A stretch of DNA of 61,067 nucleotides, counting the filler. It is 4 parts of 4 records of this genome, joined end to end, with 100 filler letters (N's around TTAATTAATTAA, not from the genome) between each part and the next. Parts side by side here need not be neighbours in the genome. Positions count along the whole stretch, not along the records: positions 17,688 to 44,626 come from SRR2962707_4905; positions 44,727 to 52,669 come from SRR2962707_4908; 2 more parts are not named here. One strand, written 5' to 3'. The position numbers and the translations under genes were made by a program. The notes under the pieces are model-generated. The model was not told where the DNA came from. It saw only the letters and a list, made by a program, of their open reading frames with translations, and searched no databases. Of the stretch, positions 36,967-47,458 are shown piece by piece (positions within the stretch are counted from its first letter, which is position 1; each line of letters starts with the position of its first letter).

Positions 36967-38049
36967 ATGTCTTCTTTACTTATTGATCGACGCAACTTTC
37001 TTAAGAGTGCGGGTTCTGTGTTTCTAATGGGCCTGGCAACGCAGCAAGCGGTCGCGTTGACCCGTTCTGACGCGATATTTGCCTCTGCCTATCAATTACC
37101 AAATGGCACATTTGGCATCGCTACGCTGACCGAGCGCGGCGATATCATCCATAAATATGACCTACCAACGCGTGGTCACGATGTTGTCTGGCATCCAAAC
37201 CAAAAGATCCTTGCCGCCTTTGCACGCCGCCCTGGCACATTTGCAGCCATCATCGACGCCACCAGCACCCAATCGCCTAAAATTATCAATGCTGCAGAGG
37301 GACGTCATTTTTACGGGCATGGCGTTTATTCTAATGATGGTAAGTGGCTTTATGCGACCGAGAACGACTATGATCACGCCCGAGGCGTAATCGGCGTTTA
37401 TGACGTTTTGAGCGGTTATGAGCGTGTGGGCGAGTTTGAGGCCAATGGCGTCGGCCCGCATGAGCTAGATTTGCTTGCCGATGGAGAGACACTGGTGATT
37501 GCCAATGGCGGCATTGAAACGCATCCAGATTTTGCGCGTACAAAACTCAATATCCCTACAATGAAGCCAAATCTGAGCTTCATTGATCGGCGCACCGGCA
37601 CCTTAAAAGGTTCATTTGCGCTTGCGCCTGACCTTCATAAACTCTCGATCCGTCATATTGCAGTGCATAAAGATCGTGTGTGGTTTGCGTGTCAGAACCA
37701 AGGCGACATCTCGACGCCGCAAGCACTTATCGGCAGTGTTGATTTCAGCAGCGGCGAAGAAAAGATGCTGGCGCTTCCCGATAATGTGAATGCTAGTCTG
37801 CGCGGATATGTCGGTTCAATTGCCTATTTGCCTCAGAACAACCAGATTGGGTTCACATCACCGGTTGGCGGCGTAGCGCACATCGTTGATTTGCCAACAT
37901 GCGAAGTAACATTGAGCATAAACGAAACAGATGTCTGCGGCATAGCGCCTGCGCCCTCAAGCTTTGTAACATCAACGGGTGATGGACTATTTGGCAAACA
38001 ACAAAGCGATGTAAACTGGGACAACCATATCGCCCGCATCGACGCTTAG
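36967..38049 (+). CDS. DUF1513 Tat-exported beta-propeller protein
   Basis: DRRNFLK twin-arginine signal; RGH, FARRPG, GRHFYGHG, GVGPHE, ANGGIETHP and WDNH motifs. Confidence 0.9.
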   Translation: MSSLLIDRRNFLKSAGSVFLMGLATQQAVALTRSDAIFASAYQLPNGTFGIATLTERGDIIHKYDLPTRGHDVVWHPNQKILAAFARRPGTFAAIIDATSTQSPKIINAAEGRHFYGHGVYSNDGKWLYATENDYDHARGVIGVYDVLSGYERVGEFEANGVGPHELDLLADGETLVIANGGIETHPDFARTKLNIPTMKPNLSFIDRRTGTLKGSFALAPDLHKLSIRHIAVHKDRVWFACQNQGDISTPQALIGSVDFSSGEEKMLALPDNVNASLRGYVGSIAYLPQNNQIGFTSPVGGVAHIVDLPTCEVTLSINETDVCGIAPAPSSFVTSTGDGLFGKQQSDVNWDNHIARIDA

Positions 38050-38051
38050 GA

Positions 38052-38624
38052 TTATCGCGCTTGGTCTAACAAACGTTTGCACTCTAGGAGGTCGAATAAA
38101 GCCTCCTGAAGCAATGTACGGTTATCGCGTGTCACATTGCCGTTGACGCTGTCACCGTCTTTAGCGCCGCCTTTCCCAAGACCAAAGATACCTTTTTTCG
38201 GCTTAGCCTCACCAACGAGCATATTTGCGTCAGCAGGATCGATGCGCGGCGCGGCGCTTTCTTTGAGTTTTTTGGAAGCGACTTCAACTTCTTGCGCTTG
38301 CTCTTTCGCAAGTTCAGAATTTCGGCGGGTCATTTCTTGTAACGCACCAAGATCGCCAGTTCCAATTGCGACGGCAAATTTAACACCATTTTGGCGCAAA
38401 ATCTTTTGCACACCTTTGATGGTATAGCCTTCTTCATACAAAAGATGGCGGATACCTTTGAGCAAGTCCACATCAGCAGGTCGATAATACCGGCGCCCAC
38501 CGCCGCGGGTTAACGGCTTTATCTGTGTGAAACGTGTTTCCCAAAAACGAAGAACATGTTGAGGCAGGTCAAGCTCATCAGCGACTTCGCTGATGGTGCG
38601 GAAAGCGTCAGGCCCTTTATCCAT
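38052..38624 (-). CDS. MerR-family regulator conserved downstream of ihfA
   Basis: [30 protein letters not shown]...GGRRYYRP. Confidence 0.9.
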   Translation of the reverse strand: MDKGPDAFRTISEVADELDLPQHVLRFWETRFTQIKPLTRGGGRRYYRPADVDLLKGIRHLLYEEGYTIKGVQKILRQNGVKFAVAIGTGDLGALQEMTRRNSELAKEQAQEVEVASKKLKESAAPRIDPADANMLVGEAKPKKGIFGLGKGGAKDGDSVNGNVTRDNRTLLQEALFDLLECKRLLDQAR

Positions 38625-38686
38625 GTATCACCTGTCTATAATTGCAAATCACTTTGGGTCGTCACGGTAGAACCGAATCGTGCGAA

Positions 38687-38998
38687 TTATTTCGCGCTTT
38701 TACGGAAACCGTCAACTACGCGATCTTTTAGCACATTTGATGCTTTAAATGTGACCACACGGCGTGGTGTGATTGGCACTTCTTCACCGGTTTTCGGGTT
38801 ACGACCGACACGTTCTGCTTTTGAGCGAACTTGGAATGTGGCGAAGGAAGAAAGTTTGACCGTTTCGCCGCGAACGATGGCATCGCATATCTCGTTAATA
38901 ATCATTTCAACAAGATGTGCCGATTCAGTGCGAGAAAGGCCAACTTTCCGATATACAGCTTCGGATAAGTCAGCACGCGTTAGCGTAGTGCCCGTCAT
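38687..38998 (-). CDS. ihfA: Integration host factor subunit alpha
   Basis: [18 protein letters not shown] and [17 protein letters not shown] motifs. Confidence 0.95.
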   Translation of the reverse strand: MTGTTLTRADLSEAVYRKVGLSRTESAHLVEMIINEICDAIVRGETVKLSSFATFQVRSKAERVGRNPKTGEEVPITPRRVVTFKASNVLKDRVVDGFRKSAK

Positions 38999-39104
38999 TT
39001 GCGTGCCCCCTCTATAAGCTCACATCGTAATTGTCGTGACGCTACCTTTAAAGTCCTCACGAATCAAGGGAAGTCCTTGAATCGATGCGCTGTTTTTTAA
39101 ATTT

Positions 39105-40076
39105 TTACCAGCGGACCAGTGCAGCACCCCAAGTGAAGCCGCCGCCCATAGCTTCCAAAAGCACCAGATCTCCGCGTTTTATTCGCCCGTCACCTGCCGC
39201 TACGGAAAGTGCGAGCGGAACAGAGGCCGCTGAGGTGTTTCCATGCTTATCCACAGTGATCACCACTTTTTCAGATGGAATGCCAAGTTTTTTGGCTGAA
39301 GCGTCAATAATGCGGCGGTTGGCCTGGTGGGGCACGAACCAATCAATATCAGCGCCAGTGATGCCAGCGGTTTCAAATGAATCTGTAATCACATCGGTAA
39401 TCATACCAACGGCGTGCTTGAACACTTCCTTGCCAACCATGCGCAGATGGCCGGTGGTCTGTGTCGTTGACACGCCGCCATCGACATAAAGTTTTTCTTT
39501 ATGGCTGCCATCCGAGCGCAAATGCGTCGCCAAAATACCGCGATCAGCATTTGTGCCGTCACCTTCGGCAGCTTCTAGGATTATAGCGCCTGCCCCATCG
39601 CCGAAAAGCACACAGGTCGTGCGATCGGTCCAATCAAGAAGACGCGAAAATGTCTCAGCGCCAATGACCAGAACGCGTTTGGCCATGCCGCCGCGAATAT
39701 ACACATCAGCAGTTGTCAGCGCATAGATGAAGCCCGTACACACCGCTTGCACGTCAAATGCAAAGCCATGTTTCATGCCCAGTGCGTTTTGAATATTCAC
39801 CGACGTGGCAGGAAAGGTATTATCCGGCGTTGAGGTTGCAACAATGATCAGATCAATATCATCAGGCGTCAGACCTGCATTTTCCAATGCTGCGCGCGCC
39901 GCAGCGGTGCCGAGCGATGCTGATGTCTCTGTCTCATCGGCGATATGGCGCTGCAAAATACCGGTGCGCTGCTCAATCCATTCGCTGGTTGTATCAATCT
40001 GCGTTTCAAGTTCTTTGTTGGTTAGAATACGCTTCGGCAGCGCACTTCCAAATCCTACGATTGTTGAGCGTATCAT
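39105..40076 (-). CDS. fabH: Beta-ketoacyl-ACP synthase III
   Basis: [23 protein letters not shown] and GNTSAAS motifs; start ATG 40076. Confidence 0.96.
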   Translation of the reverse strand: MIRSTIVGFGSALPKRILTNKELETQIDTTSEWIEQRTGILQRHIADETETSASLGTAAARAALENAGLTPDDIDLIIVATSTPDNTFPATSVNIQNALGMKHGFAFDVQAVCTGFIYALTTADVYIRGGMAKRVLVIGAETFSRLLDWTDRTTCVLFGDGAGAIILEAAEGDGTNADRGILATHLRSDGSHKEKLYVDGGVSTTQTTGHLRMVGKEVFKHAVGMITDVITDSFETAGITGADIDWFVPHQANRRIIDASAKKLGIPSEKVVITVDKHGNTSAASVPLALSVAAGDGRIKRGDLVLLEAMGGGFTWGAALVRW

Positions 40077-40077
40077 A

Positions 40078-41160
40078 TTATTCTTCTTTCCCTGCTTGGG
40101 GTCCCGTGTCTTCTTCTGGGCCAAAGCGCAATGGCGCGCGACCCTGCCGCTCATGGAAGTGTTTGATATCGCGGTCTATTTTATACAGCAATTGGTTGCG
40201 AACCATGTCGTAACCCATATCAATGGCCGCTGCGAAACCTTCAGAATCCGCGCCGCCATGACTTTTAATCACGATGCCATTAAGGCCAAGGAAAACACCG
40301 CCATTGACCTTGCGCGGATCCATTTTCTCTCGCAGACGGCGAAATGCACCCCGTGCGAAAAGATATCCGATTTTCGACAACAATGAATGGGACATCGCTG
40401 CACGCAAATATTCACCAATTTGGCGAGCTGTGCCTTCAGCGGTTTTTAGCGCGATATTGCCCGAAAAACCTTCTGTAACCACAACATCAACAGTGCCTTT
40501 GCCTAAATCATCGCCCTCAACAAAGCCGTGATATTCAAGGTTTTGGAGGTTTGCGTCGCGCAGCAAGCGCCCCGCTTCTTTAACATCCTCTTGACCTTTA
40601 ATTTCCTCAACACCTACATTGAGAAGCCCAACGAGCGGGCGTTTGTTTTCGCCCAAAGTGCGCGCCATTGCAGCGCCCATAACGGAAAAATCTACCAATT
40701 GCTGTGCGTCCGCACCAATTGATGCGCCCACATCAAGAACGATGCTCTCGCCTCGCAGTGTCGGCCAAATAGCAGCGATAGCTGGGCGTTCAATATCTGC
40801 CATCGTGCGCAGGCAAAAGCGTGACATCGCCATTAGCGCGCCGGTATTGCCAGCAGATACGCAGACATCCGCCTCGCCTACCTTCACAGCCTCAATTGCT
40901 TTCCACATCGATGATTTATACCGCCCATGGCGCAGCGCCTGACTTGGTTTGTCATCCATGCGCACGGAAATATCGCAATGAATAAATTTGCTCACCGCTT
41001 CTAGTTTTGGAAATTTCTTAAGCTCTGGCAGAACTTCATTTTCTTTTCCAAAAAATATAAATTTTTGCTCTGGATGGCGTTCAAGCGCAATAGCGGCACC
41101 TGGTATCAGCACAGATGGGCCGAAATCACCGCCCATGGCATCGACAGATATAGTGACCAA
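40078..41160 (-). CDS. plsX: Phosphate acyltransferase PlsX
   Basis: [26 protein letters not shown] and IKSHG motifs. Confidence 0.96.
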   Translation of the reverse strand: MVTISVDAMGGDFGPSVLIPGAAIALERHPEQKFIFFGKENEVLPELKKFPKLEAVSKFIHCDISVRMDDKPSQALRHGRYKSSMWKAIEAVKVGEADVCVSAGNTGALMAMSRFCLRTMADIERPAIAAIWPTLRGESIVLDVGASIGADAQQLVDFSVMGAAMARTLGENKRPLVGLLNVGVEEIKGQEDVKEAGRLLRDANLQNLEYHGFVEGDDLGKGTVDVVVTEGFSGNIALKTAEGTARQIGEYLRAAMSHSLLSKIGYLFARGAFRRLREKMDPRKVNGGVFLGLNGIVIKSHGGADSEGFAAAIDMGYDMVRNQLLYKIDRDIKHFHERQGRAPLRFGPEEDTGPQAGKEE

Positions 41161-41272
41161 GTTGATCCCATTCCCAAATTTGCGGCACTTTGCGCACCAT
41201 TATGTTTCTTTGCGTCTAACTACTTGCGAAAATACCGTTTTTCGCCAGTGGCTCAACCTATTTCTATAGGCT

Positions 41273-41875
41273 TTATAGTTTGTCGCGGATTTTTGCCAAT
41301 GCTGCAAACGGATTTTCGGCGCTATCGGCTTTGTTTTGCGCAACTTCATCTTCGCTCTTGATGCCAGCCTTGGCCTTTACCTCATCGGCGCCAGGCGCTT
41401 TTGGATAAGGGTCCAACGCCAAAACAAGAAATTCCGAGACGATATCGCCGATATCTAAGAACGGTGGTTCAAACAGCTCTGGTAGATCATCGCCTTCTGG
41501 ATCGACTAAAACCTCGCCCGCATCCCCCGCCGTCGCAGGCTTAGCCAGTTTTGATGTCGAGGGAATGAACACGGCATTGATTTCTGTCTCGATGATTTCT
41601 TCAACAGGCTCAAGCGTGACCACACATTCTTGAACAACCTTCGCTTTGAGCGGACCGCTTACCCGCACGCCGTCCTTGTGCCACTTTTTAACAAGTAAAA
41701 CGGCCTCTAGCATCTCGACCGATTGGATCGCAATTTGCGGTGCTAATTCGGCTCTCTGTTCCGGCGTTGCAATTATTTTGACCGTCTGGCCCTTAGGCGA
41801 AAGGGTGAGCACGTTTATCGGCTGCGACAGCGCTGTTTGGCCTGTTTCTGGCACTAAATTTTGATCATTCTTCAT
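41273..41875 (-). CDS. YceD/DUF177 family protein
   Basis: QECVVTLEP, LALDPYP and NPFAALAK motifs; upstream of plsX. Confidence 0.88.
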   Translation of the reverse strand: MKNDQNLVPETGQTALSQPINVLTLSPKGQTVKIIATPEQRAELAPQIAIQSVEMLEAVLLVKKWHKDGVRVSGPLKAKVVQECVVTLEPVEEIIETEINAVFIPSTSKLAKPATAGDAGEVLVDPEGDDLPELFEPPFLDIGDIVSEFLVLALDPYPKAPGADEVKAKAGIKSEDEVAQNKADSAENPFAALAKIRDKL

Positions 41876-41884
41876 TTTGGTAAC

Positions 41885-42430
41885 TCAGGCTGCATCTATC
41901 GCGGGAAAATCGATTTGTCCGGTCAATAATTTTGCGTCTTCTATTTTTTTCAAATGGGCTGCTGCTGCTAGCATATAGGCAGCCAACTTGTCTCCATCCA
42001 GTGCGGTATTATCATCAGGCGTTACATTACGGCGCAAGGCACCGCTGAGCGCGCCTGCATCATTTGCATCCAAAGCAGTCCAATAAGGCCCCATGCGCCC
42101 ATAAAACATTTTGCTGAGCTTCTTCATGCGCTTAGGCACGCCCGCATCTCCCACGCCCAGTTCACGGATAGAGTGGTCTATTTCGAGGAAGAACTCATCC
42201 AGAACATCTTGTGCAAGTTCGTCTAAAGCGCCTTTTGAGCCGCGCGTCCTGTGCAGAAACAAGATCATATGTAACCCAATTGCCTCATATCGACCAATTG
42301 GCGTATCAGGCACGCCCCAATTTGCGTATAATACCGGCTCTCGGCCCGCTGCTATTAACGAAGAATACAATTTTGACACAATAATCTCATTAGAGCTGTC
42401 TTTTTTTGGCCAAAACAGTGACATAATCAT
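41885..42430 (-). CDS. Ubiquinol-cytochrome c chaperone family (Cbp3-like)
   Basis: GVPDTPIGRYE and RELGVGDAGVPKRMKKL...FYGR motifs; start approximate. Confidence 0.85.
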   Translation of the reverse strand: MIMSLFWPKKDSSNEIIVSKLYSSLIAAGREPVLYANWGVPDTPIGRYEAIGLHMILFLHRTRGSKGALDELAQDVLDEFFLEIDHSIRELGVGDAGVPKRMKKLSKMFYGRMGPYWTALDANDAGALSGALRRNVTPDDNTALDGDKLAAYMLAAAAHLKKIEDAKLLTGQIDFPAIDAA

Positions 42431-42576
42431 TTTTGCGGTCCTGAAATTCAATTTTTCGATAAGAATAGAGACAAGGATTCGTTCGGTTTATAGCGGATGC
42501 TTGCAACCTAGCGATAGGTGGGTTACCGGAATATATCAAAAGCTGCGCCTATGCGCGGTCTTTAAAGGAGATAAAT

Positions 42577-43071
42577 GTGGCTGCGATTAGACAAACTTCA
42601 ATTACACGCACAGCCTTTATTGCGTTGGCGCTGTCAGGCACCGTTCTTACTGGGTGTAATTCATCTAATGTATTGAACAGCAAAGAAACGATGCGTCAGG
42701 GCTATGTTATTGACGAAGAGTCTCTTGCTTTGGTTCCGCCCGGCTCTAGCCGCGACCAAGTATTGCTTTCGCTAGGCACACCTTCGACCACGAATAATTT
42801 TGATGGTCAGGATGTATTTTATTACATTTCGCAAACGCGCGAGCGCGCAGCCATGTTCCTAAAGCCTAAATTGGTCGATCAGCGCATTTTGGCGGTTTAT
42901 TTTACGCCAGACCAAACCGTAGAACGCATCGCGAATTATGGCATGAAAGACGGTAAAGTATTCGACTTCATCAAACGCGCAACACCGACAGGCGGCCAAG
43001 AACAAACATTCTTGGGACAGATCATGTCTGGTGCATTGGGTGCAAAAGCATCGCAGGTTCTGGGTCGTTAA
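42577..43071 (+). CDS. bamE: Outer-membrane protein assembly lipoprotein BamE
   Basis: LTGC lipobox; SRDQVLLSLGTPS and FYYISQ motifs; AAGGAG RBS. Confidence 0.9.
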   Translation: MAAIRQTSITRTAFIALALSGTVLTGCNSSNVLNSKETMRQGYVIDEESLALVPPGSSRDQVLLSLGTPSTTNNFDGQDVFYYISQTRERAAMFLKPKLVDQRILAVYFTPDQTVERIANYGMKDGKVFDFIKRATPTGGQEQTFLGQIMSGALGAKASQVLGR

Positions 43072-43091
43072 AACCAAACACAAACAAATTG

Positions 43092-43124
43092 AAACCCGCG
43101 AAGATTGCTCTTCGCGGGTTTTTT
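43092..43124. terminator. Terminator between convergent bamE and hppA, probably bidirectional
   Basis: AAACCCGCGAAGA-TTGC-TCTTCGCGGGTTTTTT. Confidence 0.85.
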
Positions 43125-43140
43125 ATTGCCGCTTATTTAG

Positions 43141-44626
43141 TTAGTGCGCGAGCACAGCGAGTAGAAGCAAAGCCACGATGTTCGTGATTTTGATCGCTGG
43201 GTTCACCGCTGGGCCAGCTGTATCCTTGTAAGGATCGCCTACTGTATCGCCGGTGACCGACGCTTTATGCGCTTCGCTGCCTTTGAGATGCAGCACACCG
43301 TCTTTGTCGGTAAAACCATCCTCGAATGATTTTTTCGCATTGTCCCATGCACCGCCGCCGGATGTCATTGAAATCGCAACAAATAGGCCGTTGACGATAA
43401 CGCCCAGCAACATCGCGCCCAACGCAGCGAAGGCAGAGGCTTTAGAGCCGGACATAAAATACACTGCGAAATAAACGAAGATTGGCGCCAATACTGGCAA
43501 TAGCGATGGAATGACCATCTCTTTGATCGCCGCTTTGGTCAAAATATCCACAGCACGCGCATAGTTGGGACGAGATGTGCCCGCCATGATGCCTGGATCT
43601 TCTTTAAATTGGCGACGCACCTCTTCAACAATTGAACCGGCAGCGCGGCCAACGGCTGTCATTGCCATTCCGCCAAATAGGTAAGGAATGAGACCGCCGA
43701 AGATCAAACCCGCCACCACATAGGGATTGGACAATGAGAAGGAAATATCGCCGACATCGGCAAAATATGGATATTCAGTAGGATTAGCAGCAAAGAACGC
43801 CAAGTCATTTGAATAGGCAGCAAATAGAACAAGAGCGCCAAGGCCCGCTGAACCGATTGCATAACCCTTTGTGACCGCTTTCGTTGTGTTACCAACTGCG
43901 TCAAGCGCGTCTGTTGATTTACGCACTTCTGGGTCAAGGCCCGCCATCTCCGCAATACCGCCCGCATTGTCTGTTACGGGGCCGAAGGCGTCGAGTGCTA
44001 CAATCATGCCGGCAAGACCAAGCATCGCAGTCACCGCAATGCCTGTGCCATAGAGGCCAGCCAATTGGTATGTTGTGATGATACCGCCAACGATGACGAT
44101 TGCAGGTAGCGCTGTTGATTCAAGTGAAATCGCAAGACCTTGAATGACGTTGGTTCCATGGCCCGTTACAGAGGCTTGGGAAATCGAATTCACCGGCCGC
44201 TTGTCAGTGCCTGTGTAATATTCGGTAATGACAACGATAAGCCCTGTTACAACCAAACCGATAAGACCGCAATAAAATAGATGGCGGCCATTGATCGTTT
44301 GACCGGCAACCACGCCAATATCATCCCAGCCCACGGTCAACGATGTCGCAGCGCCAAGGCCGATAATAGACAGAACGCCTGTCGCAATAAGGCCTTTGTA
44401 GAGTGCGCCCATGATTGAGCCAGTAGCGCCCAATTTAACGAAGAACGTGCCAATGATTGATGTAATCAAGCACGCGCCGCAGATTGCGAGCGGATAAAGC
44501 ATCACTGAGCCAAGGACTGCCGTGCCACCAAAGAAGATGGCTGCAAGAACCATCGTGGCAACGATTGTCACCGCATAGGTTTCAAACAAGTCAGCAGCCA
44601 TGCCGGCACAGTCGCCAACATTGTCA
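43141..44626 (-). CDS. hppA: Membrane-bound H+-translocating pyrophosphatase, 3' part (5' end beyond contig end)
   Basis: [43 protein letters not shown] and [14 protein letters not shown] motifs. Confidence 0.95.
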
Positions 44627-44726
44627 NNNNNNNNNNNNNNNNNNNNNNNNNNNNNNNNNNNNNNNNNNNNTTAATTAATTAANNNNNNNNNNNNNNNNNN
44701 NNNNNNNNNNNNNNNNNNNNNNNNNN
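44627..44726. other. Artificial contig linker
   Basis: N44-TTAATTAATTAA-N44. Confidence 0.98.
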
Positions 44727-44869
44727 TGCCGATCCCGCCGTGCCGATCCCGCCGTGGCGGCTGGCGCCCTTTCGTCTGACCCGAGTCAGCAGGACATTTA
44801 CATCCGCAATATAGCGGCTTTGATTTGCGCAGCGTCCAGCGTAGTCTCCGGCGAAACAACGAGTGACAT

Positions 44870-47407
44870 ATGTTCTTTTTTATCCTGCAGAATGTTGCCC
44901 TGCTGATTTTTGCCGGCATTGGGGCCTACGCGATCTTCTCCAATGACGAGTTGACAAAGAAACGTCCTCGCCGTCAGGTCGCCATCGGGCTGGTGATGGG
45001 CATCGTGGTTTTTCTGGTCTCGCTGGACGCCTTCATCATCGAAGGTATGCGGGTGCCGCTGGATTGCAGGGCAGGGCTGCTGCTTTTTGCAGGCTACCTT
45101 GGCGGTCCGGTGGGCGGTCTGTTGGCCGCATCCTTTGGCGTCCTGGTCCGCTTCTATATCGGCGGTCCGAACGTCATTCTGGGTATTGGCATATACTTCG
45201 GCTTTGCGCTGTTCGGGGTATTTGTCGCCCGTCTATGCCCATCGACAGATTGGCCAAAGGTGCCGATCAAGGCTATCGGCCTGATGCTTGTCGGCGGTCT
45301 GGCCGTACAGTTTTTTCCCGTGCAAATGGGCATCTGGGAAAAGGCTACAACCCCGGAAGTGCCAGTCTTCCTTGTAACGGTGGCGCTGTCCATCGCTGTG
45401 CTGCTGTCTACGATCGTCATGGCTGTGGTCATCGACCTGGCGGATATCGCGGCCCGAAACGGTCTGTCCTCCGTCAGGAATGCGCGGCGGCTAAGCCTTG
45501 CCACAAGAGCAGCCCATATTGGCGTTTTCGAAGTGGAGGCGGGGAGCGATAGCGCATGGTTGGACGATGGCATGTTCAAAATACTGGGTTTGCCCGGCGT
45601 CGACGGCGTTTTGCCGTTGTCCGACTGGGACGCCATGGTCCTGCGCGAAGACATGGATGACCTTAAGGAGGTCTTTAAACGGGTTTGGCGGGGCGATCCA
45701 CCGGCCAGCCCCAAGGCCTTTCGCATTGTCCGCCCCAACGGTGACGTCCGCAATGTTCAGGCCCACTGGACGACGGAACCGCGTGGCAGTAGCAAGGTAA
45801 AGCGGGTCGTCGGGATATATGAGGACGTGACCCTGTCGTTACAGGCGCAGGTGAAAAAGACGCAGGCGGAAACGCGGCTGGGCAAGATCATCGATAACTT
45901 GCCCGGCGCGCTGCACAGTATGACCATGCAGCCGGACGGACAAACAAAGATCCGGTTTATCAGTCACTATTGTTACAACATCTGGGGCTACACCAAAGAT
46001 GAATTGATGGCAGAACCCTCTCTGCTGGAAACGATGCACGACCCGGCGGATATTGGTGAACTTATGCGGTCGTTTGAACACACGGCCGAAACGCTGGAAC
46101 CCTTCACCCGCCGATTTTCGGTCACCACCCGGAACAAGGAAAAGAAGTGGCTTGAGGTTCACACAAGCGCAACCCGGGTGGAAAACGGGGCAGCGCAGAT
46201 TGACAGCATTTTTCTGGACGTTACCGCCGAAGTCATCGCGCAGGATCAGCTTGAAATGCAGATGCGCGTTGCCCAGCAGGCGCAAAAGCTTGAAAGCATC
46301 GGGCAGCTGACTGGTGGTGTGGCGCATGATTTTAACAACCTGCTTGCTGTCATCATGGGCAACCTCGAACTGCTGCGCGAAGATATTTCAGAGCAAGATC
46401 AACTGGAACTGATTGATGCCGGCATCGCCGCGACCTTGCGGGGCGCCAATCTGACCCGCGCCATGCTGGCCTTTGCGCGCAAGGCCAGCCTTGAACCCAA
46501 CGTGATTGACCTGAACAAACTGGTGCGTGACACGAAGAACTGGATCGGGCGGACCCTGCCGGCCAGCATCGAGGTCGAAACCTCGCTTTTGGCGGGGTTG
46601 TGGTCGATCCAGGCGGATCCGAGCTCGACCGAAAGTGCGCTTCTCAACCTCATTCTGAATGCGCGTGACGCGATGGCGGCAGGGGGCAAACTGACGATCG
46701 AAACCGCAAACGTTAGGATCGATGACGACTATCTGAACACGCGGCAGATCGATCTCGCTCCGGGGCGCTATGTCATGCTGGCTGTCAGCGATACGGGCCA
46801 TGGGATTGCGCCTGATATGCTTGACGACATCTTTGAACCGTTCTTTTCAACCAAAGGTCCGGGCAAAGGGTCCGGTCTGGGTCTGTCGATGATCCAGGGG
46901 TTCATGCGTCAATCCGAAGGCGCAGTTCGGGTCTACTCAGAAGCGGGAGTCGGAACGACCTTCAAGCTTTATTTCCAATCTGCGGGCACCGGCACCGATT
47001 CTGCCGGGACGCCGGAAATGCCGAAAGCCGAACAATCCCAAGTCGGGCGCATCCTGTTGGCTGAGGACCAGGAGGATGTCCTGCGGGTCCTGTTGGTGTT
47101 GCTTCAGAAGGTCGGATATGACGTGACTGCCGCGCGATCCGGTGACGAGGCTCTTGCCCTGTTCCAGGCCGATCCGAATTACGATTTGCTTTTGACCGAC
47201 ATTGTGATGCCGGGCACGTTGCTAGGCACTAAGCTGGCGCAAGTCCTGCGCGGGCTTGACCCCGATTTGCCGGTTATCTTCATGTCAGGCTACGCCAGCG
47301 AAGCAACTGTGCACGACAACGGCCTGCGCCCCGAGGATATTCGCCTGATGAAGCCGGTCCAGCGGCAGGACTTGCTGGCAGCGGTCGCGAAATCCCTGAA
47401 GCTTTAG
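44870..47407 (+). CDS. Hybrid histidine kinase: LytS/YhcK-type 5TM sensor, two PAS, HisKA, HATPase, REC
   Basis: [16 protein letters not shown] membrane motif; [12 protein letters not shown]-box, [14 protein letters not shown] and LLTDIVMPG receiver. Confidence 0.9.
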   Translation: MFFFILQNVALLIFAGIGAYAIFSNDELTKKRPRRQVAIGLVMGIVVFLVSLDAFIIEGMRVPLDCRAGLLLFAGYLGGPVGGLLAASFGVLVRFYIGGPNVILGIGIYFGFALFGVFVARLCPSTDWPKVPIKAIGLMLVGGLAVQFFPVQMGIWEKATTPEVPVFLVTVALSIAVLLSTIVMAVVIDLADIAARNGLSSVRNARRLSLATRAAHIGVFEVEAGSDSAWLDDGMFKILGLPGVDGVLPLSDWDAMVLREDMDDLKEVFKRVWRGDPPASPKAFRIVRPNGDVRNVQAHWTTEPRGSSKVKRVVGIYEDVTLSLQAQVKKTQAETRLGKIIDNLPGALHSMTMQPDGQTKIRFISHYCYNIWGYTKDELMAEPSLLETMHDPADIGELMRSFEHTAETLEPFTRRFSVTTRNKEKKWLEVHTSATRVENGAAQIDSIFLDVTAEVIAQDQLEMQMRVAQQAQKLESIGQLTGGVAHDFNNLLAVIMGNLELLREDISEQDQLELIDAGIAATLRGANLTRAMLAFARKASLEPNVIDLNKLVRDTKNWIGRTLPASIEVETSLLAGLWSIQADPSSTESALLNLILNARDAMAAGGKLTIETANVRIDDDYLNTRQIDLAPGRYVMLAVSDTGHGIAPDMLDDIFEPFFSTKGPGKGSGLGLSMIQGFMRQSEGAVRVYSEAGVGTTFKLYFQSAGTGTDSAGTPEMPKAEQSQVGRILLAEDQEDVLRVLLVLLQKVGYDVTAARSGDEALALFQADPNYDLLLTDIVMPGTLLGTKLAQVLRGLDPDLPVIFMSGYASEATVHDNGLRPEDIRLMKPVQRQDLLAAVAKSLKL

Positions 47408-47458
47408 CAAAAGATCCCGCAATTGGTTTGCCGGTGTCCCGCGCAGCGTCGCACAAAA

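Noticed and set aside
1..38049. Functional link between the alginate operon and the imelysin cluster (an alginate-binding imelysin, Algp7, is known)
   Set aside because: They lie on different contigs, apparently from different organisms.
41160..41273. rpmF missing between yceD and plsX
   Set aside because: rpmF is commonly located elsewhere in Rhizobiales; not unusual.
44671..44919. ORFs running into or across linkers (also 52295-52717 and 52714-53112)
   Set aside because: Artefacts of the N-runs; only the transposase fragment inside 52295-52717 is real.
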